Shown here one piece after another: positions 11,014 through 20,452 of a DNA stretch of 37,606 nucleotides (position 1 is the first letter of the stretch; every line of letters starts with the position of its first letter). Both the position numbers and the translations under genes were made by a program. The notes under the pieces are model-generated. The model searched no databases. It was not told the origin of the DNA and worked only from the letters and a program-made list of their open reading frames with translations. The stretch covers positions 1-37,606 of the forward strand of contig JBDSME010000652.1 in NCBI GenBank assembly GCA_039916065.1, given 5' to 3'. This DNA comes from Polyangia bacterium (GTDB lineage Bacteria; Myxococcota_A; Polyangia; Fen-1088).

Positions 11014-12957
11014 TCAGATCTCACCAGGGGAGAGGGCGCGGTAGCGAAAAACCTTCGTCTGCGCCGCTGTGGTGAGTAAGTCCGGCACGGAAAAGCCGGG
11101 AACGGCCGCTCCAGCCCGGTAGGCGCGTTCCATCGAGCCGAGGTCGGCGGCGGTGTCCATGCGCCCCATCAAGTACCGGAACCAGTGACGCGTCAGGCAC
11201 CACTTCACCTCGTCGCTGTCGGCCAGCCCGGTGGCCAGGTCGACAGCGTCGCGAAAGGCGAGCTTGACACCGCCTGGAGTCATCACCTCGCCACTGGCAT
11301 CCACCGTTGCTCCGTTGTCGGAGGTCTGGTAGGCGCCGATGGCGTCGTAGTGTTCGAAGGCGAAGCCTAGCGGATCGAATGATGAGTGGCATCCGGCGCA
11401 GGTCGGCTGGGACAACCGCCCGTACCGCGCGCGATTGGAAGCGCCGGGGATGACGGGACCGGGGATGTCATCGTCGGGATGCAACGTCGACGCGGGCACT
11501 CCACAAAGCAGCCGCCGCCACACCACAGATCCTCGTTTAATGGGATTCGTGTCGGTGGGCGTGGCTCCGCTGGCCAGGAAAGCCGGCTGGGTCAGGATCC
11601 CCGCGCGCTGAGTGGCGTTCAGCTGCACCCTGGGAAAGGCTTCGCCGCCGCCCACCACACCATAGAGCGCCGCCAGCGGTTCATTTGCGTAGCTGTAAGG
11701 CGCCGTGAGGAGCGTCTTCAGTGTTCCGTCACCGCCGCCCGACAGGACAGATGAAACGTAGGCGTGGGACTCCTCGGCGAAGGCGGCGGCCAGGCCGGGC
11801 GTGAACGTCGGATATTTCGCGGGGTCTTTCCACAAGTCATCGAGACCGGTGACCCGCAACCACTGGTCGTGAAAGCTCGCCAGTCCGTTCTTCATGCGCG
11901 CGACGTCGGTGAACATACGTTTCGCCTGCGCTAGCAGCTCTTCGGGCGTGGCAAGGTTGTTGGTGTCAGCGGCGGCCAGCAGCGCTTCGTCCGGCATCGT
12001 GGCCCACAACAGGTACGAGAGGCGGGAAGCCACCTGATGCGGGCCCAGCACCACCAGCGAACCATCGCGCGCCGGCGCCGCGTCCGCGAGCTCCCAGTGA
12101 TAGAGGAAACTGCCGGACTGGAGCAGGGCGCTGATCACGTGGACGAGCGACGTGCGGAAATCGAGGCCGTAGGCAGTGGTGACGGAGAACACATCCAACA
12201 ACTCCGACGCTTCCAGCGCGCTGAGGGGCCGCCGAAAGGCGCGACGCCCAAAGGTGGCGATGAATTCCGTCGCGCACGCCGTGGCTGCGGCGCCGGGGGC
12301 GGGAGCGGGGGCTGCCCCGCACGGAACAGGGATTGTTCCCGCTGCCATTGCCGCAGTCGCCAGCCGCTCGGCCACACCAACCAACCTCTCGGCGTCAAGA
12401 AGGGTGACATCGGTCGGAGCCAGGAAGCCGGTGCTGTTGGGCTGGTCGACCGGGAAGGGCAGGTTGCCGCTCACGGGGATGCCCAGCAAATCGGAGACTG
12501 TATTGCTGTATTCGCGCACGGTGAGCCGACGCAGCGCCAGTGGACCGGCGTCCTCCGGCGATGGCGGCCGGTCAAGGGCGGGTGGGGCGATGAATGAACC
12601 CTCGACGCCGGCCACCGGCGCCAGCCCCCCGGTGCCCGCGCCGCCGGGCCCGTCGGGTCCAACACCGCCCCCCGAACCGCCACCACCAGTGTCCGCCGCG
12701 CCGCCGCTTCCCGCCGCACCGGCGTCCGGACCGTTCGAAACGGGCTTGGCGGCCCCTCGACCGCAGGACGCGAGGGTGGCCAGACACACCGCCGCGCAGG
12801 CGAGCGCGCCGCCTGCTTTTGCAAGACGGAGGCCCACCCCCGGCGACGGCATCACCCGGTCGTTGGCCCGGCGGGGAGCGGTGACCGCCCCAGCCGCCGC
12901 CCCGCAACCAATCGCGGTCATGGTCGCCGTCGTCGTCGCAGGCATAGTCACAGTCAT
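11014..12957 (-). CDS. DUF1592/DUF1588/DUF1587/DUF1595/DUF1585-type (PSD) lipoprotein with one CxxCH heme motif
   Basis: LRRLTVREYSNTVSDLLG, FGRRAFRRPL, VASRLSYLLWATMPDEALL, QRAGILTQPAFL, NPIKRGSVVWRRLLC, CAGCHSSFDPLGFAFEHYDAIG. ATG 12957 overlaps the upstream stop (ATGA); alternative start 12852 gives a cleaner lipoprotein signal (LASC). Confidence 0.9.
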   Translation of the reverse strand: MTVTMPATTTATMTAIGCGAAAGAVTAPRRANDRVMPSPGVGLRLAKAGGALACAAVCLATLASCGRGAAKPVSNGPDAGAAGSGGAADTGGGGSGGGVGPDGPGGAGTGGLAPVAGVEGSFIAPPALDRPPSPEDAGPLALRRLTVREYSNTVSDLLGIPVSGNLPFPVDQPNSTGFLAPTDVTLLDAERLVGVAERLATAAMAAGTIPVPCGAAPAPAPGAAATACATEFIATFGRRAFRRPLSALEASELLDVFSVTTAYGLDFRTSLVHVISALLQSGSFLYHWELADAAPARDGSLVVLGPHQVASRLSYLLWATMPDEALLAAADTNNLATPEELLAQAKRMFTDVARMKNGLASFHDQWLRVTGLDDLWKDPAKYPTFTPGLAAAFAEESHAYVSSVLSGGGDGTLKTLLTAPYSYANEPLAALYGVVGGGEAFPRVQLNATQRAGILTQPAFLASGATPTDTNPIKRGSVVWRRLLCGVPASTLHPDDDIPGPVIPGASNRARYGRLSQPTCAGCHSSFDPLGFAFEHYDAIGAYQTSDNGATVDASGEVMTPGGVKLAFRDAVDLATGLADSDEVKWCLTRHWFRYLMGRMDTAADLGSMERAYRAGAAVPGFSVPDLLTTAAQTKVFRYRALSPGEI

Positions 12958-14354
12958 GGGCCCCTCAGCGAGGAGAGCTCGCCGCCGTAGATGGTTTCTC
13001 CGAAGGTGGTGGTGGGAACACCGGCCGCGTTGGCAAGCGCGATCAGCATTCCATTGTTGGGGGTGCTCGCCAGCTTGAGGCTTCGCCCGGTTTTGAAGTA
13101 TCCGCCACAGCTGCCGGCCAGGATCGCCGGCACGTCCCGGAATTCGTCCCCGCCGGTCCTCATGTTGTTCATCCCCACGAGAACGGTGTTGCCCAGCAGG
13201 GACGTTCCGCCATTCGATACGTCCTTGAGACGGGCGATGGCATAGGCGACCTGATCCATGAACCAGGTGTCGCAGACGGCCTTCGCTGTCGAATTGGCAT
13301 GAGCAATGGACGCAAGGCCGTTGATGTTTCCGCTGTTGCCGTCAAGTCCACCCGGTCGGAACCCCAGCGAATAGAGGATGATGTTGGCGTTGGACTGGTC
13401 ACCCAGTTGCAACACCACGACCCGCGTGGCGTCCGCCGCGAGGGCGGCCACGGCCAGATCGATCTGCAGCTTCGTGATGAGTTCGAAGTTCCTGGTATCC
13501 TTGAGGGCAGCCGTGCTCAGGGTTGCTCCCAGCGCGGGCGGCTGACAAGCGGTCGACGGAGGTGGCGCACTTCCGCCGGATCCACCCATTCCGGAGGAAG
13601 GGCGAAAGCGGTCCAGGCTATTTTCCAGCTCGCGCACTTTCTGCAAATGCGCGTCCACGTTGGCGCGATCCTCCGTGCCCCCCACCTTCTTTACGAAACG
13701 GGTAAGATCGCGCGCCACGTAGTCCAGCACGCTCCTGCGCGCCGCCAGGACCGCCTGGCCGCTGAACACCGTGGCGAAGACATGAAACGGGTCGTAGTCA
13801 GGGATGATGGGGTCGCCCGCCGCCCGCCAAGACAGGCGCGCAGCACTGGGGGCCCAGACCTGCAGGTTGAGGCTGGTCAACCCCTGATACCCCTGTTGGC
13901 GCAGGCCGTTGCCAATGTGCTGGTCGATGGAGATTCCGCCGGCGACGTTGCTGGAGGTGCTGGGTCCGAACGACCGGTAAAATGCTCCTGTGAGCATGCC
14001 CTGGAAACAAGCATGCCCGCTGATCTCGCCACCGGTGGGATTGGGACTGTCGGCAATGAACTTGTAGTCCAGTCCGTCGAGTAACAGCAGGTCCCTTCGG
14101 TGCTCCTCCAGGGATTTCATGTGCGCCGGCAACACGAAGTCGTCCCCCGTCGTCGCCCAGCCGCTGGCATTGCCCGCGAACATCCCGTTCGGCCAGACCA
14201 GAATGAAGACCCGTCGCGGACCCGAGATGCCGGCGCAGGCCGCGCCGGCCCTCTCGGCGGCGAGCAGTGGAAGGAGCGCTGGACCGACACCCAGTGCCTT
14301 CAGCAACGCGCGGCGAGAAGGGTTGTGTCGGCTCGACATCCGGCGATCTTTCAT
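12954..14354 (-). CDS. DUF1552-family protein with twin-arginine (Tat) signal
   Basis: SRRALLKALG Tat motif; PRRVFILVWPNG, GISIDQHIG, RRSVLDYV, HLQKVRELE, PAILAGSCGGYFKTGR; GGAGG RBS. Confidence 0.88.
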   Translation of the reverse strand: MKDRRMSSRHNPSRRALLKALGVGPALLPLLAAERAGAACAGISGPRRVFILVWPNGMFAGNASGWATTGDDFVLPAHMKSLEEHRRDLLLLDGLDYKFIADSPNPTGGEISGHACFQGMLTGAFYRSFGPSTSSNVAGGISIDQHIGNGLRQQGYQGLTSLNLQVWAPSAARLSWRAAGDPIIPDYDPFHVFATVFSGQAVLAARRSVLDYVARDLTRFVKKVGGTEDRANVDAHLQKVRELENSLDRFRPSSGMGGSGGSAPPPSTACQPPALGATLSTAALKDTRNFELITKLQIDLAVAALAADATRVVVLQLGDQSNANIILYSLGFRPGGLDGNSGNINGLASIAHANSTAKAVCDTWFMDQVAYAIARLKDVSNGGTSLLGNTVLVGMNNMRTGGDEFRDVPAILAGSCGGYFKTGRSLKLASTPNNGMLIALANAAGVPTTTFGETIYGGELSSLRGP

Positions 14355-14361
14355 GAGGCCC

Positions 14362-14445
14362 TCCGAATAGTTGTCCGATCAGTCTTCCGGTCAGCTTTCC
14401 GACAGATTTCCGACTTGCGATTTCCGACTTGCGACTTCCGACTTG
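14362..14445. repeat. Non-coding array of TCCGA cores, ending in heptamer repeats TTCCGAC/TTGCGAC
   Basis: TCCG(A/G) at 14362, 14374, 14386, 14398, 14409, 14423 and 14437 (spacing 12,12,12,11,14,14). Confidence 0.75.
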
Positions 14446-14595
14446 GAGGAAAACCCAGTTTACGGGGAACACCGGCGCGGTTCGCTAACAGCCGCGACGC
14501 GGATCGGACTGCCGCGACTCGGGTCTTCCTGGACGGCCGGGCGGCGATGGCCGAAGCTGGGTGCTGCGGTAAAACCTTGAAACGAGGAGGCAGCA

Positions 14596-14991
14596 ATGGC
14601 CCGTGTGACAGGAATTGGAGGAGTCTTTTTCAAGTCGACGTCGGACCACAAGCGCCTCGCCGCCTGGTACCGGGATAATTTGGGCTTACCACTCGAGGAT
14701 TGGGGGGGCGCGATCTTGAGGTGGCCCGAGGATCCGGGAGAGGACCGCGGCCTTACCGTCTGGCACGTCGCTGACCGCGATTCCAAATGGTTCAGCCCAA
14801 GCGCATCCAGCTTCATGATCAATTACCGGGTTGACGACCTGACGGCGTTGCTCGCACAGCTCAAGAGCAACGGCGTCGAGATCGTCCAGGGGCCGGATTC
14901 CGCGGAGAACGGAAAATTCGCCTGGATCATGGATCCCGAGGGCAACAAGATCGAGCTGTGGGAGCCGGCGATCATGAAGGCGGGCCAGTAA
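14596..14991 (+). CDS. VOC / glyoxalase / bleomycin-resistance family protein
   Basis: MARVTGIGGVFFKS, LAAWYRDNLGL, FMINYRVDDL, GKFAWIMDPEGNKIELWEP; GAGGAGG RBS. Confidence 0.93.
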   Translation: MARVTGIGGVFFKSTSDHKRLAAWYRDNLGLPLEDWGGAILRWPEDPGEDRGLTVWHVADRDSKWFSPSASSFMINYRVDDLTALLAQLKSNGVEIVQGPDSAENGKFAWIMDPEGNKIELWEPAIMKAGQ

Positions 14992-15060
14992 GGGCGGCAG
15001 TACGTAGATCTCTTACCGCGACAGCGGCTTCACCCTGCGGTGCGTCTGGAGGACCAGGGT

Positions 15061-15115
15061 AAGGCGTCGGGAACCACGCAAGGCATCGGGAACCACGCAA
15101 GATCGGTGTTAGAAT
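15061..15115 (+). promoter_or_regulatory. 19-bp direct repeat x2 followed by an extended -10 element
   Basis: AAGGCGTCGGGAACCACGC (15061-15079) and AAGGCATCGGGAACCACGC (15080-15098), 1 mismatch; TGtTAGAAT at 15107-15115. Confidence 0.5.
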
Positions 15116-15170
15116 TCTCTCGATCGCGGGCCCGTTGGGTCCCGAATTGCTCCACGTCACCAGGAGTGCA

Positions 15171-17306
15171 ATGGCTTTCACCGCGACGTCCCAGGGAACC
15201 CGGGTTGCGCTCTGCGGGCTACTGCTCTTGCTTGGCGCGAGTTGTGCCGCTGTCAAGGAGTCGGGCGGGGGAGAGCAAGACGCTGGCGATCCCAACGGGC
15301 CGGACCTTCAGGAACTGAAGGACGTGTCGATCGACTTCGGGGCTCGGGGAACGGTCGGCGACGTTCGCGACCGAGATGGGTCATCGACCACCGACGGCGG
15401 CGTTGCCTGCACGGATGCGGGAAACTGCGTGATTGGATGTGGAAACGGCAAGCTTGACCCGGGCCTGGACGAGCTCTGCGATGACGGCAATGACCAGGGG
15501 GGCGACGGGTGCGCCGCCGATTGCCACACCGTCGAGAAGGACTATGCCTGTCCCATGCCAGGGACGGCGTGCGTCTTCCTGGTGAAGTGCGGGGATGGAA
15601 GACCGGGCGGCAAGGAGACCTGCGATGACGGCAACGCTGTCGCCGGCGACGGCTGTTCATCGACCTGCCAGGGCGAGGCGGGATGGGATTGCGTCGGCGC
15701 GGGGATGCCCTGCGCCCCCTCTTGCGGCGACGGCGTGCTCCTCGCTGGTGAGGAATGCGACCCCCCGAACGTCGGCGCGGGCTGTTCGGCGTCCTGCACG
15801 CTGGAAGCGGGATATGTCTGCGATACGCCGCCTTCGACGCCGGTCGCACCCGTTCCGCCCGCGCACTGTCACAAGAGTGTTTGCGGCGACGGAAAGAAGG
15901 AAGGTGCCGAGGCTTGCGACGACTCGAACGTGATAGATGGCGACGGCTGCGCCGCCACCTGCGCTCTCGAGCCCGACTGCGCCACCGGAACCTGCGTTTC
16001 CAAATGCGGGGATGGCGTCAGACTGTCCCCGGAAGCCTGCGACGATGGAAACACGCGCGATGGCGACGGATGCGACCACGCCTGCACGCTGGAGGTCGGC
16101 TTCGTTTGCGCCGACATGGCGACGCCGCCGCCGGTTCAGCTGAACCTGCTGACCACCTACCGCGACTTCATCAGCTTCCCCACCGCTGGATTTGTGAAAC
16201 ACCCCGACTTCGAAAGCTTCTGGGGCGACGACATAACACCGCTGCTGGTGAAGACCACGCTTGATGCGACAGGCAAGCCGGTGATGGACGGTCGGTGTAC
16301 CCAACCAGGAACCACCACGATATGCCCCAAGGGGCAGGAACTGACCACGCAAGCGAATTTCGACCAGTGGTATCGCGACGTCACCGGCGTCAACATCGCG
16401 ATACCCGGGGCGCTGTTGTTACCGCGCTTGGCCGACGGATCGTACGTGTTCGATTCCGCGAGGGTGGGCTTTTTTCCCATCGACAAGAAGGGCTGGACCG
16501 CGGCCCCCGCGAAGGAGAATAACGCCACCGCCGATCCGGCCGCTAACGATGGATTGCCGCATAACTTCGGCTTTACCACGGAGGTCCGGTACTTCTTTCA
16601 GTATCGCGGCGGGGAATCCCTGACCTTCAGCGGCGATGACGACGTATGGATCTTCATCAACCGGCGACTGGCGCTGGACGTCGGCGGTTTGCACTCGCCG
16701 GTCATGCGGACGCTCGATGTCGATCTGAACGCCGTGGCGCTCGGTCTCACGGTGGGCGGGCTCTACGAGATCGCCTTGTTCCACGCGGAACGTCACACGG
16801 TCGATTCCAATTTCAAGCTGACACTCACCGGGTTCGCTCCCCAGACCAGCCACTGTGGCTCCGTGTGCGGCGACGGCGTGGTGGTGGCACCCGAGCGATG
16901 TGACCTGGGCCAAGACAAGAACACGGGCGGATACAACGGCTGTACCGCAACCTGTGAAAACGGGCCGTCGTGCGGAGACGCCACGGTGCAGACATCCGAC
17001 GAACAGTGCGACGACGGGGTGAATCTGACTCTCTACGGAAACCGCGGGACGCCGGGATGTGCTCCTGGCTGCGTGCTCAGCGGGTTCTGTGGTGATGGAA
17101 AGGTCGACGGCCTTTTCGGAGAGAAATGTGACCTGGGCAAACCCATGAACGTGGGCGCTTACAACGGCTGCTTGCCCACCTGTCTGCCAGGCCCGCGCTG
17201 TGGCGACGGCATCTTGCAATCAGACGCGGGAGAGGAATGCGAGGACGGCGCCACCGTGGGTGGCGATGGTTGCTCGCACGACTGCAAACTCGAGGTGATT
17301 CTCTGA
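15171..17306 (+). CDS. Fibro-slime (PA14-like) lipoprotein with Myxococcus-type Cys-rich repeats (DUF4215-like)
   Basis: Start ATG 15171 after AGGAG; lipobox LGASC; five CG(D/N)G...CD repeats, then YRDF...HPDFE...FDQWYRD...HNFGFTTEVRYFFQYRGGESLTFSGDDDVWIFIN...DVGGLH...FHAERHT..SNFKLTL, then four more repeats. Confidence 0.92.
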   Translation: MAFTATSQGTRVALCGLLLLLGASCAAVKESGGGEQDAGDPNGPDLQELKDVSIDFGARGTVGDVRDRDGSSTTDGGVACTDAGNCVIGCGNGKLDPGLDELCDDGNDQGGDGCAADCHTVEKDYACPMPGTACVFLVKCGDGRPGGKETCDDGNAVAGDGCSSTCQGEAGWDCVGAGMPCAPSCGDGVLLAGEECDPPNVGAGCSASCTLEAGYVCDTPPSTPVAPVPPAHCHKSVCGDGKKEGAEACDDSNVIDGDGCAATCALEPDCATGTCVSKCGDGVRLSPEACDDGNTRDGDGCDHACTLEVGFVCADMATPPPVQLNLLTTYRDFISFPTAGFVKHPDFESFWGDDITPLLVKTTLDATGKPVMDGRCTQPGTTTICPKGQELTTQANFDQWYRDVTGVNIAIPGALLLPRLADGSYVFDSARVGFFPIDKKGWTAAPAKENNATADPAANDGLPHNFGFTTEVRYFFQYRGGESLTFSGDDDVWIFINRRLALDVGGLHSPVMRTLDVDLNAVALGLTVGGLYEIALFHAERHTVDSNFKLTLTGFAPQTSHCGSVCGDGVVVAPERCDLGQDKNTGGYNGCTATCENGPSCGDATVQTSDEQCDDGVNLTLYGNRGTPGCAPGCVLSGFCGDGKVDGLFGEKCDLGKPMNVGAYNGCLPTCLPGPRCGDGILQSDAGEECEDGATVGGDGCSHDCKLEVIL

Positions 17307-17330
17307 GGGGGTACCCAACCGTCACGTTTG

Positions 17331-17356
17331 GGCGCGGCCTGCGATGCGGCCGCGCC
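17331..17356. terminator. GC-rich hairpin between convergent genes
   Basis: GGCGCGGCC-N8-GGCCGCGCC; no U-tract. Confidence 0.3.
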
Positions 17357-17380
17357 GCTGCTCGCCGCCCGAATGTCTGG

Positions 17381-17992
17381 TCAGAACGAGAAGAAGCCGG
17401 CCAGGCCGGCCATCGGCCAGATGATCTTCGCGGATGAAGATGTCCGGTTGCCCATTCCGGCGTCGCTCGCGTGCCACTTCGTGCCCACCCAGGTCCCGAC
17501 GTCCAGCGCCAGCGAGACGCGACGACGCGGGTCGAGCATCATCGCGACGCCGCCGCGCGCGTACCAGTAGGAGAGGCTGTTCGACTCCCACGGACATTTC
17601 GAGGTCGCGGAGTAGCAGGACTCTCCGTCGGCATTGCTGGTCGCGCCCCCGCTCAAGCCGAAGCCGGCGCCGCCGGCCGCGTAGGGATAAAACCGTGTTC
17701 CTGTCGAGCGCGCGACGACGATCCCCGCGCTGGCGTTCAACAGCGCGTGGGGAGCGCCGCCCGCTCCCAGGTCGAGGTAGACGTGGCTGAACATTCTCAG
17801 CCGGTAGACGATCTGCACGAAGGACGAGCCGCCGAGCTGAAGGCCGATGCGGTGGCGCGCGTCCAGATCGTCCTGCGCCCGCGCGACGGCATCGGCCGCA
17901 CCCGCGGGGCGGACGGCCAGCAACGCGGCGACGACCAGAAACCCTGACATCCAGGTCGCGAATCGGGCGTGACGACAGCGCGATCGGGTCAT
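17381..17992 (-). CDS. Hypothetical exported protein, probable small outer-membrane beta-barrel
   Basis: Signal peptide ending PAGA-A; alternating strands (RIGLQLGG, VYLDLGAGG, FYPYAAGGAGF, WYARGGVAM, LALDVGTW) and terminal GLAGFFSF. Confidence 0.65.
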   Translation of the reverse strand: MTRSRCRHARFATWMSGFLVVAALLAVRPAGAADAVARAQDDLDARHRIGLQLGGSSFVQIVYRLRMFSHVYLDLGAGGAPHALLNASAGIVVARSTGTRFYPYAAGGAGFGLSGGATSNADGESCYSATSKCPWESNSLSYWYARGGVAMMLDPRRRVSLALDVGTWVGTKWHASDAGMGNRTSSSAKIIWPMAGLAGFFSF

Positions 17993-18114
17993 GGTGGGGA
18001 TGTGAGCAAGAAGCGAACCATCGCACGAGTAAGCACGGAGCATCCCGCAGCTCGTTGCCCGAACGACCGGGGCGAAGTGCCGCTTGTCCGCCTGGCGGTG
18101 GTAAAACGGCTGTG

Positions 18115-20424
18115 ATGACTTCGCCCCCGCCGGCGCCGACGGTGTGTGCCCGCCGCTGCCTGCGATTCGCCGCTGCTATCGCCGTGCTGTTCCCCGCCGT
18201 CGTGAACGCGCGGGTGGTCAGCGCCAAGCCCCCCGGCGCTGCCTCTCCTGCGGGAAGTGCCTTCGCGCGCGGCGTGACCGCCTTTCGCGCAGGCGCCTAC
18301 GGAGACGCCGAGAAGATCTTGCGCGGCGTGGTCGGCAAGGATGTGACCAGCGACGGTGGTTGGGCCTTGTACCTGCACGCCGAGAGCGCGTTTTATAGCG
18401 GTGCGCTGGCGGCGGCGGCCGCTGATTTCGACAAGCTGTCCCGCGCCAGGAGCAGCCGCTTCGCTGACGTCGCCCCCTTCCGCGCCGCCGATTGTCAGTG
18501 GGCCTCCGGGGCGCATGCCGCCGCCGCCGAGCATTACCGCCGCCTGCTGGCACATCTCCCCGCGCGGACACCGCAGGGCGTGGACCCGGCGGTGGCGCGG
18601 TTTCGCGTGGCGCTGGATGCCGAGGAGCGCCACAGGCCGGACGCCGCGCGGCTCTTCCTGGCGCTCTATCGCGACCTTCCCGCTCACCCGCTGTCCACCG
18701 AGGCGCGCCAGCATCTCAAGGAACCGGCTGTCTCTCCAGCCGCCTCGTCCGACGGAGATCTGGCAAACAAGGAAGCGGCGCGGGCGGCGGCGGCGGCGGG
18801 GGCAACCGATCACCTGCGCCGCGCCGAGACACTCAGCCGTGATCACCACTGGGCGGAAGCGCTGGACGAGCTGGCCCGCCTCCCCCCGGACCTCCCCCCT
18901 GACCTGTCTGCCGAACGGGATTTCCAGATCGGGATGACGAAGTTTCAGATGCGTCGCGACTACGGCAAAGCAGCGGAGCTCCTGCTGAAGGTCGCCCCCT
19001 CCCTGTCGGGCGACAAGGCGGCCTCGGCGTTGTTTCACGGCACCCGTGCTCTGTCCCGGATCGACCACGATGACGAGGCCATCGCCGGTTACAAACAGGT
19101 GGTGGCGCGTTTCCCTCAGTCGAGATACGCAGCGGAGGCGCAATTTCTGTCGGGGTGGCTGGACTACAACCGCGGCCGCTATCGCGAGAGCCTGCCGGGG
19201 TTGCAGGGCACGCTGGATCATTTCGGCAAGAGCGCGTTTGCTGACGACGCGGCCTGGTGTCTGGCCTTCGCGCATTTCTTGGTGGGCCAGTTGCCAGCCG
19301 CCGCCACGGAACTGGACCGCTACGCCCGGATGCCGCTGACCGGGATGACCGCCGAGGAGCGCGCTTCTCGCGTGGCGTACTGGAAGGCCCGTATCGACGC
19401 CAAGGCGCAACGGCTGGACCAGGCGAAGGTGGGGTACCGCGACGTGAACAGGCGGTGGCCGTTTTCATTTTACGGCGTGGCGGCGCGGGCGCGGCTGGCG
19501 GAGCTGAATGAAAAGGCGGTGCCAGAGTTGACGATCAGAGGTGGTGCAAGCGCGGGCGGCGCGGGCGGCGGTGTCGCGGGCGGCAGCGCCACCGGCACCC
19601 GTCTTGCGCCGCCACTCACCGCCAGGGAGGAGCAGAAGCTGGCGTCGGATCCCACTCTGCGCCGCGCCCGAGACCTGGCGGCGGCGGGCCTGGACGTGGA
19701 GGCAGGGTGGGAGTTGCAGCGCGACGAGAAGGCGTTCTTGCAGCGTTGGGGCGAGCCGCGTGGCACGCGCCTCCTTCTGGATCGTTACCCCGCGTGGAAG
19801 GCCTTCCGCCGCGCCTACGAGATCGGCGAGGGCCGCAATGGCGGCGCTCTGGCGGCGGCCCCGGAAGCCGATCCGGGCGTTCGTCTGTGGTGGCAGGCCG
19901 CCTACCCCAAGGCCTACCGCGAGCTGGTGGACCGTTACGGTCCACCGGCCGGTAACCCGGACCTGTTGCTCTACGCCATCATGCGGAAGGAGTCGGGATT
20001 CTCACCGTGGGACGTGAGCAGCGCCGATGCGCGCGGGCTCTTGCAGATGATCCCGCCCACCAGCGCCCGTGTCGCCGCGTCGGAGAACATGGACTTCTTT
20101 CCTGACCAGCTCTTCGACCCGGAGGTGAACATCCGCCTGGGGGCGGCCTACATCGGGGCCCTGTCCAAGAAGTTCGCCGGACAGATCCCCATCATCGCGG
20201 GCGCCTTCAACGCGGGACCAAAGGCCATGGCCAAGTGGTGCGATCACCACGGCCGCCAGAGCATGGATGAGTTTGTCGAGCTGATTGCCTTCACGCAGAC
20301 ACGCGAGTACGCCAAGCGGGTGGTGGCGATCTTTGCGCGCTATCGCCACCTGTACGCGGCGGTGCCCTATCAGATGCCAATGAAAGTGAACGCGCAGTAC
20401 GCGGCCTCCGGGCCGGACTACTGA
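18115..20424 (+). CDS. Soluble lytic transglycosylase (Slt70-like) with TPR repeats
   Basis: Signal peptide; TPR-like helices (FPQSRYAAEAQF); SLT motifs AIMRKESGF, SSADARGLLQMIPPT, LFDPEVNIRLGAAY, AFNAGP, TREYAKRV. Confidence 0.92.
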   Translation: MTSPPPAPTVCARRCLRFAAAIAVLFPAVVNARVVSAKPPGAASPAGSAFARGVTAFRAGAYGDAEKILRGVVGKDVTSDGGWALYLHAESAFYSGALAAAAADFDKLSRARSSRFADVAPFRAADCQWASGAHAAAAEHYRRLLAHLPARTPQGVDPAVARFRVALDAEERHRPDAARLFLALYRDLPAHPLSTEARQHLKEPAVSPAASSDGDLANKEAARAAAAAGATDHLRRAETLSRDHHWAEALDELARLPPDLPPDLSAERDFQIGMTKFQMRRDYGKAAELLLKVAPSLSGDKAASALFHGTRALSRIDHDDEAIAGYKQVVARFPQSRYAAEAQFLSGWLDYNRGRYRESLPGLQGTLDHFGKSAFADDAAWCLAFAHFLVGQLPAAATELDRYARMPLTGMTAEERASRVAYWKARIDAKAQRLDQAKVGYRDVNRRWPFSFYGVAARARLAELNEKAVPELTIRGGASAGGAGGGVAGGSATGTRLAPPLTAREEQKLASDPTLRRARDLAAAGLDVEAGWELQRDEKAFLQRWGEPRGTRLLLDRYPAWKAFRRAYEIGEGRNGGALAAAPEADPGVRLWWQAAYPKAYRELVDRYGPPAGNPDLLLYAIMRKESGFSPWDVSSADARGLLQMIPPTSARVAASENMDFFPDQLFDPEVNIRLGAAYIGALSKKFAGQIPIIAGAFNAGPKAMAKWCDHHGRQSMDEFVELIAFTQTREYAKRVVAIFARYRHLYAAVPYQMPMKVNAQYAASGPDY

Positions 20425-20452
20425 TGGGATCGGGGAGGCAGCGCCGGGTCGA

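Noticed and set aside
14362-14445. Possible mini-CRISPR or iteron origin
   Set aside because: Repeats are only 5-14 bp with no spacers, and there is no rep gene or AT-rich unwinding region.
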